DNA of 64,000 bases, from positions 1,666,916 through 1,730,915 of the forward strand of contig CAJFCJ010000020.1 of the NCBI GenBank assembly GCA_904063045.1, in the 5' to 3' direction. Shown piece by piece: positions 49,463 through 60,447 of this stretch (its first letter is position 1; the number at the start of each line of letters is the position of its first letter). This stretch comes from Dimorphilus gyrociliatus. Taxonomy: Eukaryota > Animalia > Annelida. The translations under genes and the position numbers were made by a program. The notes beneath the pieces are model-generated. The model ran no database searches and was not told where the DNA came from. It saw only the letters and a list, made by a program, of their open reading frames with translations.

Positions 49463-49614
49463 ATTAATAATTTTTCACGTTGATATTGATAAAAGTCAAA
49501 TAGTATCGGCCATCGAAAATAAAGTATACAACGATTGATTTTACTAAGATTTTCGTATTTACGAAAAAAACTACGGTTAAAACCTTGTTTCGTACACTTT
49601 TTTAAATTCGCTCC

Positions 49615-50394
49615 ATGGAATATGACGAAAAAGACGAAAGCAATTCCTTAATTAGCCTTGTTGATGAGCTAGCGGAGGATATATGCTTTGAATTAGTCTT
49701 TGAATTTGATGAACAACTCAGAACATCTCATAATCCTGAGGAGTTGATAGAGGCTGAGGAGATTGAACCGATTATTGACATCCGCCATCTTCGGTTTCGC
49801 TCCAGTAAAGACTTTTTAGGAAATGAAGTTGTAAATGCAAAGTATCCTGAAGTTTCTTGCCCGAACTGTGAACGAAACGTAATTGTAACTAAGCTATCAT
49901 GGCATATGAGCAGATGCATGTTTCCAAATTCTGGACGGGCTGCTGCCCTCAGGGCTAGAAAAGATGATCAAAACGAAGAGGATTCTGATTCTGGAAGTAG
50001 GAAAAAGGTGAAAACAGTTAAAAAATCCAAGCGGAAACTGCCTAATGAACTCCTCGTTGCTGGAACGACAACAAGGGCTCAACGTCGCAATGGCAGACGC
50101 GGAGATTTTCTATTAGACGACACAAGTATTGAAGATGTAAAACCAAAAACAGTAGAACCCTTAAAAATTCGAATCCCAAAAGAGGCTTTAGACACTCCAA
50201 AACAGTTAAAATCGCCTCTCAGCCCCAGAACAATTATACGAAAGCCAATTTATAAACCTTCTTACTTAAGATCATACTTGAAAAGTCATATGAAGCATAA
50301 ACGAATCAATTCCCAATTATCTCCAACCTATACCTTTCAAGTTCAGTCTGGCGAAGAACTACAAGAAATTGAAAGGGTAGCAGAAAACGATTAG
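49615..50394 (+). CDS. SGF11/ATXN7L3-like SAGA deubiquitinase-module subunit, divergent and intronless
   Basis: N-terminal helix LVDELAEDICFELVFE, then DFLG...CPNCERNV....L..H...C Sgf11 zinc finger followed by an Arg-rich helix (GRAAALRAR). Confidence 0.7.
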   Translation: MEYDEKDESNSLISLVDELAEDICFELVFEFDEQLRTSHNPEELIEAEEIEPIIDIRHLRFRSSKDFLGNEVVNAKYPEVSCPNCERNVIVTKLSWHMSRCMFPNSGRAAALRARKDDQNEEDSDSGSRKKVKTVKKSKRKLPNELLVAGTTTRAQRRNGRRGDFLLDDTSIEDVKPKTVEPLKIRIPKEALDTPKQLKSPLSPRTIIRKPIYKPSYLRSYLKSHMKHKRINSQLSPTYTFQVQSGEELQEIERVAEND

Positions 50395-51058
50395 GAAATA
50401 TTTGGAGCATATTTTTTTAAACTGTAGTATTATATCTCGGTCGAGAAATATATCAAACGTTCATCGTGCATATTTATTTTTTTTATTTGTTGTTTTTTAC
50501 TTATAAATCAGTCAGAAAAAACAAAAAAGAAGAGAACATCTGATAAGTTGTTAACAATCAAACTGTCATTAATATCGCTTATTACTTATGAGGCGATTGC
50601 ACTGTTTATGCATGCACTGGCTGAAATGATTAATTTGAAAATCAATTATTGTTTGTAAGATTTTCCTTTTGTTATCATGAAGTATTCTGCTATTTTTGCT
50701 ATACATATGTTTATTGCAGAAAAAATATAGTATTTCCCAATAGTTGACTGTAGCAACTGAAGACATCTAGTGTCAAAATTTTATAGAACATTAGATATTT
50801 GTAGATCATATATATTTCATTGAAAATATTTCTTCTCGGGAAAAATTAAATGATATCTTTTCCCCAAAAATAATATGTTAATACTTTAACAAGTCTTTGA
50901 AAAAAAAAGAGAAAATATCTTAAAAAAATAGGGTGGGTATTCCTTTTTATTATAATCGAACTAATATCTAGTATAAACCAAGTAACAGAGCAGACGACTT
51001 TCTCGAGTATAAGGTTGGTAAATCCTCAATTTTTATTTTCGGTTTGCAATTATTCGCA

Positions 51059-52994
51059 ATGCAGTTTTGGGATAATTTCTGCAAAATATGTTCTTATATC
51101 ACGAACAATTGGTTGTTTCGCTTAATTGCATCTTCTGGTGTAACAACGCATGTTGTAAGATCTGTGCGAGCTCTAGAAGCTTCAAGAGGTGGCTTTATAA
51201 ATACTAATACTTTAAAAATATTTCCAAAATTCTGGGAAAAACACAACACTAAAATCTTCTTTAACAAATAGGCAAAACAGACACGACGGACTATACAAAT
51301 ATGGAAAAGCGTAATAGCGAAAAAAAGAAAACCTATAAACAAAAGGACGAAATAGATAGATGGGAAACAAAAAATGAACTTTACAACCGAAAATTGGCTT
51401 TTTACACAGGAGATATAACGAAACTTGCTCTTGATGCTATTGTAAATGCGGCTAATAGTCAACTGGCAGGAGGAGGTTAACTGGTGATAAGTTATAAGAC
51501 AGTTGTTAAAATGATTAACTTTCTTTATAGGGGGTGTTGACGGAGCTATACACAGGGAAGTCGGTCATGGAGTATTACAAAAAGAATGTAGGAAACATAA
51601 GAGATGTGATCCAGGCAAAGCCGTAATAACCCAAGGATTTGACAGACCAGCAAAACGTAATTACAAAATTGCGTATTTGTTTTATTCTCTTTAATGGACA
51701 TTTCTTATAAAACTACTATATTTAGATATAATACATGCTGTTGGACCTATGGATGGAAATAGAAGTAAATTGGAGAGCTGTTACGAAACTTGCTTTAAAT
51801 TAGCAAAAGAGAATAATATTAAAACAATAGTAAATTTAATAATTTATCCCTCTCCCCCTTTTAAATACTAGTTTTTGCTTTACTCTTCCTCATTGTATTT
51901 TAAGGCTTTTCCCTGTATCGCAACTGGTATTTATGGATATCCGCATGAAGAAGCAGCGAGAATTGCATTATCATTATCAAAGAAACACTTGAAGGAAAAT
52001 AATGAGGTTTATTTCCTAAAATTTAACTACTAGATGTATTGTCAATTAATAATTATTATACCTTTATCTCCTGCACAGATAGAACTGATTACCTTCTGCC
52101 TTTTCAACTCAATTGATATTGAAATTTATGAAAACTTGAAACACATTTATTTTCCAGGTTAATTATTTAATAACCAAATATCAATAATTATCAGTACTTT
52201 TATTTTAATTCAATCAGGAAAAGATAGTCGAGGACGTACTCTAGATGAATTGAAAAAGTGGTCTGAGTCCTATCAAACAGTTCAGCCTACGGAGGATGTT
52301 GTAAAATATTCTGTTAATTCTAAATTAAATGAAAAGATATTTTACGATCAAAAAGAAAGTTATGATGTAATAGCCGATGCAATAATTAATTATGGAGATC
52401 ACGATAAAAATTTAAAACAAACTTGGAAATCCGAAAAAGTAGTAAGTTCGATGAAAGTTGATAAATCGAAAATAGACATCGAGTCTTCTTGTAAGTCTTT
52501 TTATTTTCGTATATACTGTACATTAATTATATGAATATTTTATAAGATATTATAAGAGTTAAGCCTGAAGAGGGGAAAAATGAAGAAAACGATTTTGGAA
52601 AATTATATGAAATATGCTTGAATAAAGCAGTTAAAAAATATTGGAAATCTTTAATTATTCCAATGTTTCATTCAGATGAATTTGGTTAGTTGTAAACAGT
52701 CTGTTTTTTAATTAAATAACAAATGCCTTCATTACAATTAGATGAAAAGATTTGCAAGAAGATTCTTGCAGCCATACGATCATGGATGGATCAAGATCAA
52801 AATACTGATAAGGTCCTTTAATAGAAATTCTTTATGAAGAAATTATTTACAAATTTAAGAGTTTTTTTCTGTTTTTTTTTCACCTTCTTCAGATAGAGAA
52901 TATCATATTTTCATTTGGAAAATGTCAAGATCCGGAGAAGTATTTGATGCTATATTTTCCACCGGAAGTGACGGAAATGACTGAAAATCAGTAA
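51059..52994 (+). CDS. MacroD-class ADP-ribosylhydrolase with a second, degenerate macrodomain; about 9 exons
   Basis: GDITKLALDAIVNAANSQLAGG|GGVDGAIH, YIIHAVGP, AFPCIATGIYGYP, CLFN...YFP. The second half (52218-52994) repeats the scaffold (LDELKKW...VNSKLNEKI...ADAIIN...LYFP) without NAAN or GGGG. Confidence 0.85.
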
Positions 52995-53236
52995 AAACTA
53001 TTCAAATAAACATTTTATATTTTATGAATTCTATAATATAAATATTGTGTAGTTTCATAAAAAACTTTGGTAATAAACAGTATTTGTATTTGGAAATAAT
53101 ATGAATTTTATGCATTCAATTCACGCAGATTACGTTCGCTCATTCTGTGTACAGATTAACGTCTTTTCTATTTATACGATTGTTGTAAATCTGTTTACAT
53201 TGAGTCGGCTTTACACCACTTTCCAAAATTCTACAA

Positions 53237-53827
53237 ATGGATTTTGTTCCGCAAATTGATCTGAAGCTGGAAATACCAGGTGCTTTGACTGTGAATAGAT
53301 CTCATAGACGAAATTTTCAAGTTGGAATGACACGTTACAATATCAGAAATGCCAAAGAAATGCCTATTAATCAGTTAAATCAAAAATTAGAATCAATTGA
53401 ACGAAGTCGAATAAAAAGTCAAATTGAATGGAAACAAGAGATGACAAGTCTACGAATTGAACTACAGAGATTGAAAGCTGAGAAGGAACAGAATAAGGAG
53501 GAGAAACGAAAGAAGAAAGAAAAAGCCAAAAAAGCTGAGACCGTCAAGCCTAAAATGTTTAATCCTTCAATTCCGGCTGTAGATGAAGCTGTTGTAAAAA
53601 AACCCATAGAAACTATAAATCATAGTCGATCTTCCCTCAATGATAAAGGATTTAGAATGATTATAGAAAACTATAGACGTAAGATAATTAATAAAGTCGA
53701 AAATAAACCGATTGTTACTGAAAATCCAAAAGTATCTACGACTTATTTTAAAATGACGGCTCCAAGCACTCCGTGCAGAAGAAAGTTAAAATTTCCATAC
53801 TCAAATCTACCTCCAATTTATGAATGA
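53237..53827 (+). CDS. Uncharacterised coiled-coil protein, 196 aa, intronless
   Basis: Clean ATG-TGA ORF with coding-like composition and a heptad/charged segment (QLNQKLESIERSRIKSQIEWKQEMTSLRIELQRLKAEKEQ). No family confidently recognised. Confidence 0.65.
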   Translation: MDFVPQIDLKLEIPGALTVNRSHRRNFQVGMTRYNIRNAKEMPINQLNQKLESIERSRIKSQIEWKQEMTSLRIELQRLKAEKEQNKEEKRKKKEKAKKAETVKPKMFNPSIPAVDEAVVKKPIETINHSRSSLNDKGFRMIIENYRRKIINKVENKPIVTENPKVSTTYFKMTAPSTPCRRKLKFPYSNLPPIYE

Positions 53828-55317
53828 AATGACGCCTCAAATAGCTTGAAATTGTAACAGGGATAAAAAGCTTGAAGTTGATTTTGTTCATTTAGAGTTC
53901 TCTGACCTCAAATGTCTATTTTTATTTGTTTGTATGTACAACTTATAAATTTTATGATATAATAATTTAATAATCTATTTATTAATCTTCGACTCTTTTC
54001 TCTTCCTTTCAAACTATCTATTTAATTCTTTAAAAGATTCACCGAAGCTTTCTTTCACCTTTTTAAAATGACAATATTGCTTTTAAACAGGAATATATTT
54101 AGGTAATTTTGTACATTAAACAAAAAAGAAGGCGTCTAAACGCTTCCTTAGTCTGCGAAAAAAGAGATGATATAAACAATATTTCTGCTTTAAAAGTAAT
54201 AGCTATTCTTTTATCTTATTGAAATCTTCTTTTTGACTTGTAAGAAAAAGAAGAATAAGCAAAATAAAAGATAATTTATTTATCCTTGAAGAACACTCAT
54301 TCTTTTCAATTCTTTTCCTTTTATCATCATGAATTATAATCGATATTTTACATTGTACATAGTTTTTCTATGTATAAAATATATATTAATAGCAGCAATA
54401 ACGGAGAAAAAAAGACGAAAGAGCTTTATGATAAAGGACGCTTTTGCTAAGATCTAATAAAGTAAAAAAATGAAATATCAATTTTTAGGATTTGCAGTAT
54501 ACTCTACGGACGTGGAAAAGCAGGAGGAGGGAGGGAGGGGGGAGGGAAAAATCATTTTCCCCAATAATATAATCTGTCAATATGATAAATAGATGTAATA
54601 ATGAAAATATTAAAATATTCATTATTTTATTATTAACTTATCAATTATAATCAAAGCAATTAGTACTTAAGTTTAATTATCCTGCCAATCTTGCAAATCA
54701 TTTCTAAGAATCATAAATATTTAACACATAATTAAACTTTCCATCGTATCTTGCGGTGTTCTATATGTAGTTTATGTTTCTTGGAAATTCAAGAGGGATA
54801 TGAGATGAAGATGAGATATTTTTTTTATCTTATTCTATGTAATGTATAAGTTAACACATCTTCTCATTTTATCTATTACAAGAACCATTAGCCGTTTCGT
54901 GCAACACTGACTCAGAGGAAATGAAAACTATTATATCTTAACTTTAAAATCCCAAATGCAGGAATTAGCTTAAGACCTCCTCCGCAAACTCACCCAAACA
55001 TTTATTATAATATTTCAAATATAGAATCAATCATTACGGTCCTAATGGATTGTGCTCATGTTTTTACCTTGGAAAGATGATTTTTCTATATCGAGTTTTT
55101 TTTATACTTTAATAATTTTCCGGTTACAATAGGTTACTTTATATTATCGGTTTGTTACAGTGCTGTTTGTACACTTAACAATTTCGTTTTTTTTCATCTT
55201 CCAGATGACCCTAATGATACGTTAGCGCCATCTGCCCTTTGGTAAGAGAAATATTTCACGCTATAGGATAGTTACGAAGCTGGTTATCTCTACTAAAGGC
55301 TTGTCTTCTAAATCCAA

Positions 55318-55331
55318 CCGGAAGCGGAAGT
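55318..55331 (+). promoter_or_regulatory. Tandem ETS/GABP sites in the DCTN5 promoter
   Basis: CCGGAAGCGGAAGT, about 60 bp upstream of the ATG. Confidence 0.5.
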
Positions 55332-55392
55332 CAACTCCGGTTCAAGCGATTCGTATTAATAAAAAAATAATAATAAAATTTTACCAAACATA

Positions 55393-55938
55393 ATGGAGCT
55401 TGAGCCCATCTTTCATAAAAAAGCAGAGTATATAGAAACAGCTTCTGGTAATAAGGTTAGCCGGCAGTCAGTTCTATGCGGGAGTCAGAATATTGTACTA
55501 AACGGAAAAACTATAGTAATGTCAGATTGTGTAGTTCGAGGTGATTTAGCTAATGTACGGATTGGAAGACACTGTGTAATAGGAAAAAATACTGTTGTTC
55601 GACCTCCATTCAAGAAGTATAATAAAGGCTTCGCTTTTTTTCCCCTCCATATCGGTGATTACGTTATGATCGAAGAGGACTGTGTTATAAACGCCGCTCA
55701 GATTGGTTCCTACGTACATATCGGAAAAAATTGTGTAATTGGAAGAAGATGCGTCCTAAAAGACTGCTGTGCAATAGCAGACAATACAATTTTACCGCCA
55801 GAAACAGTTGTTCCCCCCTTTACGCTCTTCTCCGGAAGTCCCGGAGTTTTTACAGATGAACTTCCAGAATGTACTCAAGATTTAATGATTGATGTCACAA
55901 GAAGCTTCTACAGTAATTTTAAACCCTTATCCAGCTGA
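55393..55938 (+). CDS. DCTN5: Dynactin subunit 5 (p25), intronless
   Basis: [51 protein letters not shown]...[46 protein letters not shown] (left-handed beta-helix). Confidence 0.98.
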   Translation: MELEPIFHKKAEYIETASGNKVSRQSVLCGSQNIVLNGKTIVMSDCVVRGDLANVRIGRHCVIGKNTVVRPPFKKYNKGFAFFPLHIGDYVMIEEDCVINAAQIGSYVHIGKNCVIGRRCVLKDCCAIADNTILPPETVVPPFTLFSGSPGVFTDELPECTQDLMIDVTRSFYSNFKPLSS

Positions 55939-57618
55939 TATACTTACTTTCTCCTCTGTTCTTGGTTTAGTCAATATTATTTATTTTCTTCCATAAATGG
56001 GAAAGGAAGTCTATAATCAATAATTAATACACTTAACTATACAATAAGAATCAATTTGGATATTATATCTCTCTGGACTTTGGGATGAGCGTTAGTTAGA
56101 AAACAATATTAAATATACTTTTTGATCTTGAAGAGAGAAGAATCAGTCTGTCAACTTTTCTCTATTTTTGTTTATTTTTCATTCTGTTTTGCTTAATAAT
56201 AAAGTTTTTGAACATCGGAAACAAATAATCAATATAATTTCGAAGTGTAAGCAAAATAATAGAAGAAACTTAAATGGGGAAGAGAAGGAGGAAAGGAGAG
56301 AATAAATGATAAATTATCACACTTGATAGATTATTTGAACATAATTTTTTACCTTATCTATGTTCAATCACTGATATAAACCAGCCTTTTATAAGTTGAC
56401 ATTCAACAGAAACTATTAGCGCACGTATTCGATCATTAGTTGAAAATTCTCTCTCTTGTGAAAACTAGTTAGTTATTTTCTTTTTTTTTTTATGAATTAA
56501 TCGACCTACATGTGTATTCCATTGTATGTAAGATATAAGAAAAGAATAATAAATTACGTACAGTAAATAGTAATAATTAATATTATAAAATATTAGTTAT
56601 ATACTGATAATTAGCATAAAAGGAAATACCTTATTGTAAAAGAGTTTGTTATATAGGACATTTCTTAATTTGTAGCTATTATAATATATTGTAACACGGC
56701 CAAAAAGAATGTACTTGTGCAGTTTATACACTATATAAACATGTAAGATGTAATCGTAATTTAATACGGTTTTAATATCTTAAGTAATTTATATGCATAG
56801 TCTGTAGAAACCATCTATAAGTTGGAATTAAACTACATTTAGAACGTTATTTACGTTCTAAACTATTCCCTAGTACCGAGCACAGATGGATAAATAGAGA
56901 GAGAGAGAGAGAAAAGTACACTAGTGGAAGAAGATAGATAAACATCTCTTTACTATCTAAAAGAAAATATACTAGTATCTTATATTTGATGTTAACTGTC
57001 ACTGATACATTATATATGCCTAAGGAATATCTACTAAAGGTAATGTTAATAGATAATGTCTTAATTATAATTGTTAAATAAGCTTAATCCGTTTGAAATT
57101 AATTCTACTAAAGAGAGAGGTTGAGATGTATGTCATCTCTCTCTCTCACATTCTTTCTCTCTCTGTCTCTCTTTAAATTTTATGCATATTTTATCCTATT
57201 GAATATTTCAATAAGGTGACAAGGATTTTTAGTGCGTAGTTTTAAATGGAGATAGCTATGCCTTTGAAATTCGATTGGCAATTGTGATTATGGGCGAAAG
57301 AGAATTTTAGAATACGATATACTATTTGTATTCATGTAAAAGAAATTTGTTGTTAAAAAGGAAGGAATGTACTTTTATGTTTTCCCCTCTGTCCGCTCCT
57401 TACCCTCTCCCTTCCTAAAGTAGTATTAAAATACTACTAATAAAGGAATTGCGTAACTTTATTTCTTAGGAATTCGTAAAAACATGTACAGTGAAAGTGT
57501 CCTATATATTTTAAGGTCTAACAGTCATTCGTGACTTTAAATTCGCCCAGGATAGGTTGCAAGTTTTGAAGATCAATAGTAATACGTGATATTATTTTCG
57601 AAGAGCGCATGCGCAAAT

Positions 57619-59873
57619 ATGACGGCACCAATATCGAACGAATATATCAATATAACTGCAGATAAAAGCAGTTCTACTAATAGTCGGAACGAAAAACTCA
57701 GGATGAGGAAAACTGTAAAAATAAACTCAGAAAGTAGCTTTGATTCCAAAAAGAGTTTGGAATCTCAAGAAGAAGAGGAGAAACCAAAGAGGTCTCTTTT
57801 GCAGATATTTCTGATACTATTCGCCTGTGTATGTGCAGGATTTGTGTTCGGATGGTGTTTGGAGAAAAGTAGAGGTAAATATTAATATATTTCCTAATAA
57901 GATAACAAAGATAAGAGTGTGAGCAACTTTCATAAACTGTGCCTCAGTGAAAGGGCGCTCCATAAAATGACATTTCAATACAAAAAAAGTTCAAGCGCTA
58001 TTACCGAGTAAAAGAACTTTTTTTTAAAAAAAAAAAAATTACAAGATTTATACAGAAAACAGAGAAATAAACTAAGCAAAGAGTTTCTTTTTCAATTCGA
58101 TAGCTGGTAAACAACTTTAAAGGAATGTATTAATAGCGTAAAGAGTCATTATAAATTACTTTATCCATTTATCTCTTTACTTAAAACGTTTATTTATTGG
58201 ATAAGATGCTACTCGTTAAATAATTAAATATCTAATAACTATTTCTATTTACTTATTATCCAAGGGTAATTAACATTCAAAGGCACATTTCAAGGTGAAA
58301 ATTAAGAAGGTTCTCTTTGACCTAGTCAATCGATAATATACAGTATAATTGAGTTTTTCTTCGTTTTTACAGTTTTCGAACCGAACAGCATTAGGCAGCA
58401 AATGATCTTTAAGAGATGGATAATGCTTAAAGTATTCCTAACAGCTGTTGCTGTTGGTAAGTTAATTATAAATTATCTAATATATTTATATACAATTTTC
58501 GGTAATAACTATCAACAAAATGCTTATTAAATCTAATTAAACAATAGGTCAAATAGTCTTAATCGTACTGTCATTGCTGCCGTGGACCAAAGATAAGTTT
58601 AGTACTGCTTTGAAAGCTTATTACTGCGGTTTTCAAAATAAAAGCATACTTACTAGTGCAATTGGGGCATTTGTTTTGGGTTCCGGTATGACAATATGCG
58701 GAGCTGTAAGTATACTAAAATTACTCTATAAATCAAATAAAACAATAACAATTGTCTTAAACTCTTGATTTAATAGATTTTGTTTGTTTATTTTTAAACT
58801 AGTGTCCAGGAATGGTTCTGTCACAAGTTGGAACATGGACTGGTAATGCATATATGACTCTTCTAGGAGCTTTAACAGGTGCTTTGATATATGGCCTATT
58901 CGCGCCTTGGATTGTAAAATTTACAAAACCAAAGAAACCACTGGAACATCACTTGTAAGTTTTGCAATTGAATATTATGCATTTAACATATCTGTATAAT
59001 TTTTTTTCTTTCTCTCTCTCTCTCTCTCACTCTTCCCCTCTACCTCTCGTTCTTCTTCCCTACCTACTCAGGATTCACGAACAATTTAATATAAACTACA
59101 TTGCTTTAGCTCTTCCAATGGCTATATTACTTGGAGTTGCCGTAGGTCTAATGGAGCATTTTATTCCTTGGAGAGAAGACTATTCCAGTGAAACAGTAAG
59201 TTGTTAGGAGATTACTAGAAAATTATTTTAAAGATAACAATGAAAATGTAATTTATTACATTACCAAACTTGTGTTGTTTTGATAAATTAATTATAGGCC
59301 TTTTTAGTTGTAAAGGTATCTATTATCTCATAAAATACATGTTTTCCTTTTCTTAAAAAATAGACTGAAGGCAAAAACATCTTTCAATATAAGATTTGGC
59401 CACCATACGTTTGTGGAATTCTTATAGGCTTATTACAAGCGATTTTGGTACTGTTTGTTAATGATACTATGGGAGGATCGAGCTCTTACGTTACGATAGT
59501 CTCGCAATGGGTAGTAACTGAAAATCTGCAAAAAAAATTTCCATATTTGGCATCAGCCAGATTAGGAGTTGCCAACTGGTGGCAAGTCTTGTACGTTTGC
59601 TCAGCAATTATTGGAGCTCTGTCTTCTGCAGCGGCTTCTGATACTCTTTCATCAACACCTGGTGTTCACAAAGCGGCCGCCTATTTTGGAGGTTTTATCA
59701 TGCTAATAGGAGCTCGATTCGCTAGTGGTTGTACAAGCGGACACGGACTTAGTGGTATGGGAGTTTTAGCTTGGTTGAGTTTCGTCGCTGTCCCATTTAT
59801 GTTTGGAGGAGGAATAGCGACCGCATTTATCTTTAAGAAATGTGATATACTTATTCCTACTGAATTGAATTAG
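57619..59873 (+). CDS. YeeE/YedE-family (TsuA-type) thiosulfate/sulfur-compound transporter, 427 aa; exons 57619-57874, 58373-58456, 58548-58705, 58803-58954, 59072-59195, 59364-59873
   Basis: Exon lengths 256+84+158+152+124+510 = 1284 nt with consistent phases. Motifs GFVFGWCLEKSR|VFEP..I..QM....MLKVFLTA, GSGMTICGA|CPG and GARFASGCTSGHGLSG; many TM helices. Confidence 0.9.
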
Positions 59874-60447
59874 CTTTTAAAAAAAGACTGTAAATAATTT
59901 GTAAGCATTATACATAGTATAAATATATCAGTTTAGTAATTTATACGTACTTTACATTTTCATATCAAAATATAAAGATAAACTATGAGATTAAACACAA
60001 AACAATGTTACTTAAACATTCTTTATTTATCATTTATCCTGAAATGATGTCAAGAAGCTTCTATACTATATACATTATACAGTAGAGCATAAAAAAACGT
60101 TTTTTCTGTTAATCATATTTCATATTGTATTTATTATATGAAAAAAAAACTATATAAAGTCTCTTAAGAGCTAGATATCAAACAGGAAGACACTTTTTTT
60201 TTACTTTTTATGTCAAAATTAGCATAGTTCTTTTGAAATTGAAAATAACAAATAGAAAGAAAGAAAATGAAATGTTAATTTGATCATAAAGCACAAAAAA
60301 AAGAAATAATATAAAAGTAGATATGGCAAAATATTCTTTTTGTTTTTTAGTAAAAGTACTAAATGATATACGAAATACAATTAGATTATATAAGTTTGCT
60401 TTCGTTTAGTGTGTGTGATAAATTGGATTATTTTTCACAATATTCTT

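Noticed and set aside
34365-52994. Apparent functional clustering (chromatin genes MRG15, CHAF1A, SGF11-like and macrodomain; sterol genes nvd and PTCHD)
   Set aside because: They are interleaved with unrelated genes and share no evident regulatory motif; chance is sufficient at this gene density without synteny data.
55205-55241. Exon-like 37-nt segment (AG...GTAAGA) upstream of DCTN5
   Set aside because: No partner coding exons found. It overlaps a CTCF-like motif and is at most a 5' UTR exon.
57586-57885. 99-aa tail-anchored protein as a separate gene
   Set aside because: It is exon 1 of the YeeE/YedE transporter (donor at 57875, in phase with exon 2).
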